The notes beneath the pieces are model-generated. The model saw nothing but the letters and a program-made list of their open reading frames with translations, did not search any database and was not told the origin of the DNA. Positions 25,594 through 37,190 of a stretch of DNA of 63,682 nucleotides are shown in pieces (the first letter of the stretch is position 1; each line of letters opens with the position of its first letter). The DNA comes from Octopus bimaculoides (Eukaryota): positions 157,873,681 through 157,937,362 of the forward strand of contig NC_068983.1 in the NCBI RefSeq assembly GCF_001194135.2, in the 5' to 3' direction. The position numbers and the translations under genes are program-made.

Positions 25594-25844
25594 CAAGTTC
25601 CAAAACAGGACCAAATACTGTTTCATCACCGACTATGCTACAATTCCATCGGCGATTTCGGAACTGATATTGGCACTCCCTGATTCCTAACTGAGCTCCA
25701 CGACCAACACTTGGCATGTGGTCGTAATGTGTTTGACATATTTGAATTTGGCCAACAGACAAACCTTTGAGACCAACACACATCGGGCGTGCTCCAAGCA
25801 TGTACATCTTCCGCCATACCTCTCCACTCTGTAATCCCAAGTTC
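25594..25844 (-). CDS. Wnt5: Internal coding exon of a Wnt5-subfamily ligand (first conserved Wnt-domain exon)
   Basis: Translates (W)NLGLQSGEVWRKMYMLGARPMCVGLKGLSVGQIQICQTHYDHMPSVGRGAQLGIRECQYQFRNRRWNCSIVGDETVFGPVLELG, matching Wnt5 (GAQPLC...GLS.GQ..LC..Y.DHM..IG.GA..GI.ECQYQFR.RRWNCS...SVFG). Acceptor ttttttag| at 25845 and donor |GTGAGT at 25593-25588. Phase 2 entry and phase 1 exit, as is typical for this Wnt exon. Confidence 0.93.
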
Positions 25845-26534
25845 CTAAAAAATGGATTAAACTATCGTTAGAAATATAAATGTTAAAATAATTCGAAAGA
25901 AGTTGGAAATAAAGATTTCTAAGGTAAAATAGATGAAAAATATTAATAGCAGTTAGGGATGAGATTCACCGAAAAACTGACTACATAGAAACGAATACAT
26001 CTCCCATTAGTAAAAGAAAGAAACAACTTACAAAACATGCAAAATATTGAAATTGTGGAGCTGTACTCATTCTCTAAATAATTGTCAAGCGGTTAGTAAT
26101 ATTTTTAAACATATGCATTTCTACTTCTATCTTTGCTATTAGTTTGCGCAAAAATTAAGCAGTATAGCTCTTAATGCTTTATATTTTCATTTTCCGATCT
26201 TAACCACTGTGCGATATTTATACTTACACCTTAGCGGTGTTTAACGCACGCATTATAAAGATAAATGAACAAACAATTACGTTTATTCCATTATATGTCA
26301 TAAATTTCTGCTATTTGAGTAAGACATTTTATCATTTATTGATACATAGGGGAAAGATAATCAGTCAATGGGGTAACGGAAATGAAGGATGTAATATAAT
26401 TGATTTTGCTTTTTTTTTTTTATATATGTACTTAACAACTTGGACACAAATATATCTATTCACTTTGCATACCGTATTCAGTTCTATATCAGATAATATT
26501 GGCGCGAAGTAAGAAATATTTTATATTCCTTACA

Positions 26535-26585
<51 letters not shown>

Positions 26586-27145
26586 AATGTATGTATGCAT
26601 GTATGCGCATATATATATATATGTGTATATGTCTGTCTATGTATGTATGTATGTGTATGCATAGTAATGTACTCGTGCCATCAATTATGACGGTAAATAT
26701 GTCCACGAGTAAATATGTGTTGATCATTCAAATATATTGAAAATGATGATGAAATATATATAAAATAAAGAAAAATACATTCATTTTAAAATTATTTACA
26801 AATTCTGATGGAGTACGCTTTGTGTTATCTGAGAATTTGATACTTGTGTAAGTGTTGTATTTGAATCACTCTCTAGCTTTCGAAGGTTGTCCAGCACGCA
26901 CTTAGACGCGCGCACGCATCCACATACGAGCATACACACATATACACTATTCTACAGAAAGATGGCTTTACTCCATTTCTTCGCTGAAAAATAAGAAAAT
27001 TCTTGCTAATTTAAGGAATATATGTGTATACACTCACACATAACACGTATGCATAGCTGTACGATAATCTTTAATGAAATGTTTCACAAACTATTCCAGT
27101 TAGAAATAAACTAAAAACCAATTAGATGACGGGAAAATGGAAGAA

Positions 27146-27218
27146 AGCTGCGTGCAGGACTCGAACCACGCGTCTTCTGTAGACCAGACAGACTTCCTAT
27201 TAATTACACTAATGCAGA
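27146..27218 (-). pseudogene. Decayed tRNA-like sequence (tRNA pseudogene or isolated SINE head)
   Basis: Exactly 73 nt with T8 A9 G10, A14, a perfect 5-bp anticodon stem around a 7-nt loop (CT-GGT-CT), and G53 TTCGA C61. D and T stems and G18G19 are broken. Confidence 0.5.
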
Positions 27219-27434
27219 TAACCAACAGACCTTTTTAAAATGCTTTCCTATCGACAGAAAATTTTCAAACTTTTCTACTGATGTAGTTTTTCATGCCCCT
27301 GATGGTTTGCATTTACATTTATTGACGATAAGAAAATGAAAAACAATTTAACGAAAGAAAACGAAGACTCATATCGAAGACGAAAAAATTTAATGAAATA
27401 CAATTAAAATGTTATGCAAACATTAAATATTCTT

Positions 27435-27640
27435 TCTATAACAGGCACAAGGCCTGGAATTTTGGTGGAGAGGCTAGTGGATTACACGGATCTCCATGCT
27501 GAACAGGGAATTTATTTCGTAGACTCCGAAAGGAAGAGAGGCAAAGTCGACCTCGGCAGAATGTGAACTCAGAACGTAAAGACGGACGGAATGCTGCTAA
27601 GCATTACTCCCGACGTGCTAGCGATTCTGCTTGCTCGCCA
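27435..27640 (-). mobile_element. SINE family A, near full length
   Basis: Head, B box, central domain and tail. Confidence 0.85.
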
Positions 27641-27758
27641 CATTACGTAACTATTAAATATGAAAGGGAAAAATATTGTATTGTTCCAAAATGAAAAATG
27701 AAAGAAAACAAGTCAGTAACAACGAAATCGAGTTATGCATTTAGTTTTCTAACTGTAC

Positions 27759-27901
27759 CTGCGACACCACAGTGACTCGCAGCACCGTTCATTTCGTCGC
27801 TTGAGGTAGGTCCAACTGATTTCACTTGTTGCGTGTGGGCCCCTCTTGCGAGTTGACAAACTCAACTTTGTGGTTAACTGTTCTGTGCCTAAATTAGTAA
27901 C
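27759..27901 (-). CDS. Candidate linker exon joining the 28193-28342 exon in frame to the Wnt5 exon
   Basis: Acceptor gataccag| at 27902 and donor AG|GTACAG at 27758; 143 nt, phase 0 in and phase 2 out, no stop. Splice sites were chosen because they fit, so support is weak. Confidence 0.15.
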
Positions 27902-28192
27902 CTGGTATCTTTGGAAAATGCAAGTATGCTCTCCAAAAGTCATTGTGTGTTGTTGTCCCTAGCAGAACCGACTATCGTATACACTCATCTAGTATGTCAC
28001 AATTCCGAGAAGCACAACGTATAGAAATAGCTCTCGTATCACAATTTCAACCATTTTCCGGGACCACCGACCTTTGATAGGTTGCAGAGTAGATCCTCCG
28101 CACATATCTCGTGTACATAATTGCTTTAATGAACAGCCTAGTACTGCTCATTCTCAACTTTTCCACACAAAAACTATGATCAGTTCTTTCAC

Positions 28193-28342
28193 CTGAGGCA
28201 ACAAAGCCACCAGAATCACAGCATTAAGAGGAAGAGTAACCCCTCCCAACCATGTGCTTTTCTCACGGAGATAGATTCTACAGTGCCAACAGACACAACC
28301 ATAACATAGTTTCATGTTCCTAACATGTAACCTGTGACTCAT
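28193..28342 (-). CDS. Candidate first coding exon of Wnt5 (signal-peptide-like C-terminal half)
   Basis: ATG at 28342; 50 codons ending WLGGVTLPLNAVILVALLPQ, then donor CAG|GTGAAA (phase 0). Lies in unique, CpG-richer sequence 2.4 kb upstream of the Wnt5 exon. No recognisable homology. Confidence 0.25.
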
Positions 28343-28919
28343 TTTAGGTAGAACTCCCTTCTCTTGAAAAAAACATTGCTGCGTCTTACACCATCTTTAT
28401 ACCCTTCGACAAATTTACGAAATTTACCGTTGAAAATCTCATTTTGTAAACTAAAAAAAGCATTGTATTTAACAAAGAAATAAATAAATACGCTTTGCTG
28501 CACTCGTTCAAAGAATCTTGCTAGAAACAGGAAACAAACGAACGACAGGTGGACAACAGCAGACGATAATGCTAATACTGTACCAATGGAAACAGACATT
28601 TGCGACATCCGGTAATGTCGGTAATAGGGTGGGGGTCGGATCGGCTAAAACTTCAAAAATTCAAAAGTTTGGAACTTTTTATTATTGATTGCGAGAGGAA
28701 ATGAATGCAGTTTTCGTTATCAGCACGCAGAACGACCATCAGTGTAGAAATTTCGAGAAAACTCGACGATTGGATGGAGTTTAAAAAGATCCCTCAAAAC
28801 TTTCTTTTATCAAATTAAACACCTAATTTTTATCAAGGGGAAACACACACACACGCGCGTATATACATACATACATACATACATACATACATACATACAT
28901 ACATACGTACATACATACA

Positions 28920-28949
<30 letters not shown>

Positions 28950-28950
<1 letters not shown>

Positions 28951-29425
28951 GTATGCATAGTTGTAGAAATCAGCTGCCCAGCGGATGTTAATATAAAGCT
29001 GAAGATCAGTGAAAGAGAGAATACTTACGCAGAACTATTCAGATATCTGAAGTTAATCTATCCAGATTACAAGTTCAGGTTTATACCTGTAATTATTGGA
29101 GCACTGGGATATGTAACACACTGCCTAAATATCAATTTTGATAAGCTTCTCAAAACTAGAAAGGAGAAAGCTGATTCGAAGACTACAGATCTAAGCCAAC
29201 TTTACAGAAGTTATCATTTAAATATGTATGAGCATGTCTAGACATGCAACCATATGCATGAGAAAACATACATAAAACAAAACATATAAATCTGCACATA
29301 TACATACATACAAAAATACCCTGTTGATATTGAAATTCCAATGAAGGAGCCTTAGATCTAGGCTAGAAACCGGCTCTTTCTCTATTGGTGAGAAATCTTG
29401 AAATAACACTGAATAATGACATACA
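28950..29425 (+). mobile_element. RLE-type LINE 3' fragment (distinct family) flanked by (CATA)n
   Basis: CIVVEISCPADVNIKLKISERENTYAELFRYLKLIYPDYKFRFIPVIIGALGYV; 3' UTR ends AATAATGA then CATACATA; upstream (CATA)n at 28863-28948. Confidence 0.75.
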
Positions 29426-29589
29426 TACATAAATACATACATGCATACATACATGCGCACACTCGCATAAATAGATACAGATATAATGAACAGTTGACTT
29501 CGATGCACATATAAAGGTCCAACAGCTCAGTAGAAAAATTTTACTATGCTATGACAAAACTATACTGAATCATTAGAACATACACACAC

Positions 29590-29686
<97 letters not shown>

Positions 29687-30214
29687 TGATTTGTTTATAA
29701 CAGTGAAAAGTCTTAGGTAGGAGCAGCTGCACGGTTTGGAAAAACCGATGGCATAAAAAATAAAAGAATAACGCGCACTTTACCACGTGCTCCATCAAAC
29801 AACACTCATAAGCTAATATTTCGGGGACACGCTCTCAAGGAAATGTGCTTTAACTAAAGCTAAAATGTACCACGCTCCAAGTAGCCTCACTGCATCCTGG
29901 GCAAGGTCTGAAATAATAACTATCTGTCAGAACTCAATATATTTATGCTTTAGTCTAAAGTGTCAGGTGAATATGAATTAATGACTAACAAAAGAACAAG
30001 AGCTACGTAATCACTTTCATTAGGTTACCTATGTTTCAGAGATTTGAAACATTGGATTCGAGCTTAAAGCCTCCTCAGAGCGATGCAAATGAAGACTCCC
30101 AGTACAATGCTTCATATAGCAGAAACAGCTATAAGTCAATGGAAGTGATTACGTAACTCCCTGTCTTTTGACATTCATATATATATACACACACATATAT
30201 ACACACATACATAT

Positions 30215-30255
<41 letters not shown>

Positions 30256-30283
30256 TACATATATATACATATATATAGATCGG

Positions 30284-30601
30284 NNNNNNNNNNNNNNNNN
30301 NNNNNNNNNNNNNNNNNNNNNNNNNNNNNNNNNNNNNNNNNNNNNNNNNNNNNNNNNNNNNNNNNNNNNNNNNNNNNNNNNNNNNNNNNNNNNNNNNNNN
30401 NNNNNNNNNNNNNNNNNNNNNNNNNNNNNNNNNNNNNNNNNNNNNNNNNNNNNNNNNNNNNNNNNNNNNNNNNNNNNNNNNNNNNNNNNNNNNNNNNNNN
30501 NNNNNNNNNNNNNNNNNNNNNNNNNNNNNNNNNNNNNNNNNNNNNNNNNNNNNNNNNNNNNNNNNNNNNNNNNNNNNNNNNNNNNNNNNNNNNNNNNNNN
30601 N
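30284..30601. other. Assembly gap
   Basis: Run of N. Confidence 1.
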
Positions 30602-31459
30602 TATGTTAAGAGTTCATGGTGTGAGAGATGTAGGAGAAGTGATTAGTGGATATATTAATGTATATGGTGGTATAATAATAGTGATAGGTAAAGAAAGCCT
30701 TACGTTTTAGTTGAAGTTGTGTTGGTCTTCCTGTAAGGGGATGTAGGATGGGTGCTATTTAAGCTCATTATTCCGATTTTAATCAAATGCATCTCCACGT
30801 GATTTTATGATTGAGGGATGCGTCATATATTTATAGCACCGGCGGTGTTAGTACAAGGAAGCAACCCTAAATTTAGGTGAAAAGGGGGATAACTCTGGTC
30901 TTATTTTGTGACTAATTATGATTAATTATACTTAGAAGGAAAATTCTTTTATATGCATATTTAGTTTTACTTAGGAAGTGTAATGTATTATATATTTAAT
31001 AATACTTAGAGAATGAGTATTTAGTAGCGTGAAGACAGATTAGGCTAGATTCATATCTCCTGTTTAATAGGTCATTCTTAGCCGTTAGGATCTCGAGGCG
31101 CTCAGTTAAACAGAGGTGACAACGTCTATTAGTTGGGTTATAAGAATTAGCTACTTTTAGTATGTGCCACTTTAGTTTATATTCTATCTTATTGTCATTT
31201 AGTTCCCAGATATACCTACTAAGTCCTGTTGAATTTGCCTTATTTCTGTTTTTAAAACTGGATAGGTGCTCATTATATCTAAGGCGTATTTGGTTTTTCG
31301 TCGCACCTATGTAAGATCTAGTGTGGCTGTTTGTACGTCACATTGGTAAACTATATTTTCGGTCTTGCATCTATTGGAGAAATTACATTTATTCCTATCT
31401 CTACAGCCACATAGGTTGTAAGGGGTGTCTATGTCTGTGTGTTGTTGTGTGGTCCTATT
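30602..31459 (-). mobile_element. Penelope-like element, GIY-YIG endonuclease domain plus 3' region
   Basis: LCGCRDRNKCNFSNRCKTENIVYQCDV, one frameshift, then SYIGATKNQIRLRYNEHLSSFKNRNKANSTGLSRYIWEL...KWHILKVANSYNPTNRRCHLCLTERLEIL...LLNRRYE..ICLH; stop at 30996-30998. Confidence 0.88.
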
Positions 31460-31933
31460 NNNNNNNNNNNNNNNNNNNNNNNNNNNNNNNNNNNNNNNNN
31501 NNNNNNNNNNNNNNNNNNNNNNNNNNNNNNNNNNNNNNNNNNNNNNNNNNNNNNNNNNNNNNNNNNNNNNNNNNNNNNNNNNNNNNNNNNNNNNNNNNNN
31601 NNNNNNNNNNNNNNNNNNNNNNNNNNNNNNNNNNNNNNNNNNNNNNNNNNNNNNNNNNNNNNNNNNNNNNNNNNNNNNNNNNNNNNNNNNNNNNNNNNNN
31701 NNNNNNNNNNNNNNNNNNNNNNNNNNNNNNNNNNNNNNNNNNNNNNNNNNNNNNNNNNNNNNNNNNNNNNNNNNNNNNNNNNNNNNNNNNNNNNNNNNNN
31801 NNNNNNNNNNNNNNNNNNNNNNNNNNNNNNNNNNNNNNNNNNNNNNNNNNNNNNNNNNNNNNNNNNNNNNNNNNNNNNNNNNNNNNNNNNNNNNNNNNNN
31901 NNNNNNNNNNNNNNNNNNNNNNNNNNNNNNNNN
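31460..31933. other. Assembly gap
   Basis: Run of N. Confidence 1.
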
Positions 31934-31978
<45 letters not shown>

Positions 31979-32944
31979 ATATATATATATGTACAGAGAA
32001 AGAAAAAGAGAGAGATGGGAAGCGGGAGAGATTGAGAGTTGTCTATATTTATAACAAATAATTATGTCTAATATTTATATAAACAATTATCAGCAGATTT
32101 ATATGTCTGCAAAGACATACATGCCAAAAGATGCATGCACACACACGTGCGCGTACACGCAGCTTGTGTGTGTGTATTGCAAGCGATAGCACCTTGTAAA
32201 AACATCTACGATTTTAGCTTTTGTTTTTCATTCAAGATGGAGTGTATTTCTCATTTTTTTCTTTTATTTCAACTTTTAAAGTTTTTCCAACTGATATCAT
32301 GTCAAAACCTGTAGAAAGTTTTCCAGCAGCTTCAATCCGAGTGTAGCTCTAGAAGAGTGTCAAATCTTGATTTGTTGTTATCTTATCAATATTAGGCTTT
32401 GAAGTGTGTTTGACGGGAGCTGAGGGGCAATATGTCGGCTTTCTTTGGTCATTAAATGATTATCGTAGTTATCGTTGTTTATACAGTTACATAGATTTAT
32501 ACAGTTCGTAAAACCTTCTCTCAGCCATGATATGTAATCAGCTTTAATTAATATGATGGCACGCAATAACAATAATTGATGCATGCTTAAATAAAGTTGT
32601 ATAGTATGAGATCTAGCGTATAGCAAAGGGTGGTGTGATGTTGATGGCCCTACTGAGGTGGTAGTGAGGTAAACGCTTATACTTCAGAAAGATGCTGTTG
32701 CGCTATTTGTTTTCAAGATTGTTTTACCAACTGTATACTCACACCGGGCGCTTTGCGTGTGTGTGTGTGCGCGCGCACACACACACACACACACACAAAC
32801 ACAAAACACGTGTACACAAAACATACATTTACAGAGAAATAGAAGTAGAGAAAATAAGTGATACGAGCTCATTTACATACATATTCACATGTCTTTCTCT
32901 CTGTGTGACGCTCTGCCTTTCTCCATCTCTTTCCCTTTACACTT

Positions 32945-32980
<36 letters not shown>

Positions 32981-33494
32981 AAACACACGGACACACACAG
33001 AGAAAAACACACACGAATACACACACACACACACACACACACATACACACACACATATGAATGTGCATCGACAGGCATATATATGTATTTATGATAATTT
33101 TATATCTATATATATTATAAGATTTGAGCTTGTCGAATAAAAATATGAAAGTGTTTTAGTTGTACAAACTTTCGAATGTGGAAAACATCAACTACTTAGA
33201 ACAGGTAGAAAGGGAAATTAAATATAATCTGTGCTGATGAGATGGAGAGGTTACAGACAGTTTCAACTAGAATATCAGCTTGAAGATGACATATGGGAAA
33301 ATAAGTATAACGGTAAGTTTATAAAGACGTCTAGAGGGAGTTTAGGAAAATAAGAATTGAAGAATCTCACCAAAATACTTATCTCAAGATATCTGCAAGC
33401 TAGTCCATGCCAAAATTTAGTTCAGTGTTATATGACAAGACGAACATTCGCGAATCATTTATAGTAACTTCATAAGAAAGGCTCATTGCAAAAA

Positions 33495-33526
<32 letters not shown>

Positions 33527-33770
33527 AATAAAAGTCGCGGGAAATAAAAGCAAGAACACGAATTAAAGTAAAACGTTTGAAAGAAAAGGATTCAATATCT
33601 TATGTGTAGTAAGGAAAATGAAATTTAATTATGCCGTAATGATATTGTTTGAAAATGTATTTTCACTGAATCAAAAGGTAGAGGTTATTTGATGTTTGGA
33701 AGATTTATTGCTATTTATGTCAGAAAACAGTTACTGTTCCAGTATTCTTAATTATATATAATAAATCATA

Positions 33771-34157
33771 GTGGAGGCGCAATGGCCCAGTGGTTAGAGC
33801 AGCAAACTCGCGGCCATAGGATCGCGGTTTCGATTCCCAGACCGGGCGTTGTGAGTGTTTATTGAGCGAAAACACCTAAAGCTCCACGAGGCTCCGGCAG
33901 GGGATGGTGTCGAACCCTGCTGTACTCTTTCACCACAACTTTCTCTCACTCTTACTTCCTGTTCCTGTTGTGCCTGTAATTCAAAGGGTCAGCCTTGTCA
34001 CACTGTGTCACGCTGAATATCCCCGAGAACTACGTTAAGGGTACACGTGTCTGTGGAGTGCTCAGCCACTTGCACGTTAATTTCACGAGCAGGCTGTTCC
34101 GTTGATCGGATCAACTGGAACCTTCGACGTCGTAAGCGACGGAGTGCCAACAACTAC
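33771..34157 (+). mobile_element. tRNA-derived SINE family C, full length with 13-bp TSD
   Basis: Head GTGGAGGCGCAATGGCCCAGTGG (A box), GGTTTCGATTCC (B box), tail GTAAGCGACGGAGTGCCAACAAC. TSD ATAATAAATCATA at 33758-33770 and 34158-34170. Confidence 0.92.
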
Positions 34158-35154
34158 ATAATAAATCATATATTCTAAATATTAGCGTGGTTGGATTACT
34201 GACAATAAGTTGTGTCAGATATATTTCTAAAACTGCTACAGAAGGATCCGTAGATAACTATGGAATTAGTTATTTCTTTGAGATATTTTAGCTTTTATTG
34301 CGATATATTGTTGTTGATTGTGTTTACTGCTTAAACTTGTTCAACTCTGGTCAAACAGATCAGTGTAATAATAGACATGTCTGTATGTTTGAATTGCGAT
34401 TTCGCATGTAATAAACAATAAGAGACTGAATGGGTTAGATTTAACTCTGGGTGGTCTTTCATTTAAACTACTTTAGTTACTGTCATTGTAATTTAAATCT
34501 AAGTAAGTCCTAATTTTGAAGATATATGATTAAGGGTATTTCAACCATGAATATTCTTTTTCTTTTTCATAGAGATACTTCATCTAAAATTACATATCCT
34601 AATATGTTCTTTTCTTTTTGGATAATTAGGATGAGATTTGAAAGAGATTTCACTGCCATTTTTAGCAGGTAAAGCGACTACATGTATCCCTGAGTGCATG
34701 TATGTTTGTCTATGTATATATGTATGTATATATGTATGTATGTATGTTTATCTCTCCCCCTCCCTCTCTCTCTCTCTCTCTCTACATACACATGTACATA
34801 TATGATGAAAATAATTTACAATCGCACAACTATTTCCACACATCGGTGCATTTTTCAAATGTTCGAAAGAAAACTATATTCGGCAGCACACACACACACG
34901 CACGCGCGCACACGCAAACGCAAACACACGCACACACACGCGCAAACACACAAACACGCAAGCACAGATACACACACAAACGCCCAGAACTGAACAAATT
35001 GATATAGAAATAGCAAATCTGAGACGAGTGACGTTTTACTGATATATATACATAACGCATAGAAAGAACGACCATTGACTAAACAAATTCAAAGACATTT
35101 ACGAAATTTATGATTTAAAATTGTCTAATATATATCACTATGTCGCTTCCTTGC

Positions 35155-35375
35155 ATTGCTGTAGCTTTCGAATGATGCCATCCGGTTGGTTAGGCGGGTA
35201 GACCAACATTCCCCTGAACGGAACGCTAGTCCATCGCAGAGTTACTTATTCACAGATGAGTGGATTGGAGCAACATAAAATGAGATGTTTCGCTTAAGAA
35301 CACAACGCAGGTTTGAGCATCGAAAACACGATTTTGTAATTGTGAGTGCAACATCCGACCCATTTCGCCGCGTGC
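35155..35375 (-). mobile_element. tRNA-derived SINE family D, decayed
   Basis: Minus strand GTTGTGTTCTTAAGCGAAACA..GTTGCTCCAATCCACTCA core shared with 59115-59450; tail CTGCGATGGACTAGCGTTCCGTTCAGGGG. Confidence 0.6.
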
Positions 35376-35799
35376 CTTTACACACACACACATACACACA
35401 CGCACACACACACAAATACACACACACACAAATACATACACGCACACACAGAAGTACAGAAATACCCCACTCTCACACACGTGTATATGTATATTCATAT
35501 GTATAAGAGAATAACGGTGTAATCAGGCAAACAACTAGTATCAGGTCAGATTATGACCCATATTCAAGTATTGACACAACATACAGGTAGAATTGAATGT
35601 TATAGGAGTTTAGATGACAAGAGGTCGATAGCAAATCAGCTGAGAAATGTTCATAATGATTATAGTATATGCAGGTATTCTCCCGGAATAGTTATACGGT
35701 AAAACCAAATTATTGGTATTAGGTAAAGCTGGTGATCGTAGAGAGAATTCAAAGTTGGATGAGGAGGTGTGTAGGTAGTTACTACACACAGACAGACAG

Positions 35800-35844
<45 letters not shown>

Positions 35845-35879
35845 CACAAATGCATATGTGTAAATATATATCTACATAT

Positions 35880-36085
35880 CGGTTATACCGACAAGGGTTC
35901 CAGTTGATCCGATCAACGGAACAGTCTGCTCGTGAAATTAACGTGCAAGTGGCTGAGTACTCCACTGCCACTTGTACCCTTAACGTAAGGGGAGATTCAG
36001 CGTGACACAGAGTGTGACAAGGCTGGCCCTTTGAAATACAGGTACAACAGAAACAGGAAGAAAAAGTGAGAGAAAGCTGTGAGAA
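35880..36085 (-). mobile_element. SINE family C, 5'-truncated
   Basis: Reverse complement of the 3' half of 33771-34157. Confidence 0.85.
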
Positions 36086-36144
36086 GTCTGTAACACCTTG
36101 GCAAGTATTTTAAACACTGCAATCGTTTTGTATGAGTCTATCTT

Positions 36145-36545
36145 CACGTTCTGAGTTCAAATTCCGCCTAGGTCGACTTTGCTTTCATTCCTTTGAGGTC
36201 GATAAAATAAGTAGCAGTCAAGTACAGGGGTCGATTTAATCGACTTACGTCTCCCTTAAAATTTCAGGCCTTGTGCCTATAGTAGAAAGGATTATTGTTA
36301 TATTTTCGACGGGGTGGGGGAGAGAGTGTGGATGGAAACTGACAGAATCGCTACCGTGCCGGACGTAAATATTATGCAGTATTTATTCCGGCTCTTCACG
36401 TTCTGAGTTCAAATGCTACCGAGGTCTACTTTGCCTTTCATCCTTTTGGATATCAGTAAAATAAGTAGCAGATGTGTCCTGGGGTCGATGTAATCGACTT
36501 CACCACTCACTCAAAATTGCTGAGCTTGTGCCAAATTTAGAAAAA
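36145..36545 (+). mobile_element. Two tandem SINE family A copies (plus orientation, not in TAA arrays)
   Basis: TTCTGAGTTCAAAT B box and central domain near 36150 and 36400. Confidence 0.85.
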
Positions 36546-36989
36546 ATATTATACATACCTCAATTCAACATTAACTGTTCAACCACTTTATACATTAAAT
36601 TTCAATACGATTCACTTGTAAGAAATGCTTAGCTGTCAATTCAACTGAAGCTCTTCTAACACCAAATGGACCTCTTCTAAGTTTCTTTTCATTCGATGAT
36701 TTGCTATTGTTTGTCGATGAGTATTTCGAACAGTTACCAAAAGCGACCGTGATACATCTTGCTGTTTACTAAACTCACTCCTAATTACATAACATAAATC
36801 AAACGGATGAAAAATCCGCTACTTGGTCGTTCGAACTGTCTGAAAAAGCAGCTATATCTCCCTCTAACCGAATCTGTCTTGATCTCCGCTGTCGCATCTC
36901 GGAATGTGCAATTAGGTTCTCCAGTAGGATGGAGGTGTGGTATGACTGGAGATATGGATATATAGATCTCAGTCGTTCGGCTGATTATC

Positions 36990-37190
36990 TTCAACTTTAC
37001 ATCCTTTCATTAACTTTGCAGATCCCATGTATCATGTATTTAAGAAAATCATTACTGTGTGATTGCATTGGTCACTACTCCAAGTCCTTCGTCACTAGCA
37101 TGACATCCTCTTTGCTCATATTTTTTCCAGCAGCCAATGATTTGCAGCGGTTCAAGAGAAACATTAACCACATCGATCTCAAGTAAAGAG
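36990..37190 (+). mobile_element. CR1-group LINE 3' remnant
   Basis: HYSKSFV....FFPAANDLQRFKRNINHIDL; the same motif occurs on the minus strand at 57545-57800 (SFLSRSS...HGFPANVGLEQFKRNINGINL). Confidence 0.5.

Noticed and set aside
30277-30283. AGATCGG immediately before a gap
   Set aside because: Matches the start of the Illumina adapter; probably a sequencing artefact at a contig end.
33771-33840. tRNA gene calls at SINE heads (also 52833, 59115 and family A heads)
   Set aside because: A and B boxes continue into multi-copy SINE bodies and no complete cloverleaf forms.
37149-37163. GSRET peptide resembling the start of the next Wnt exon
   Set aside because: Wrong strand and wrong side of the Wnt5 exon; no further Wnt motifs; another frame matches a CR1-type LINE end.
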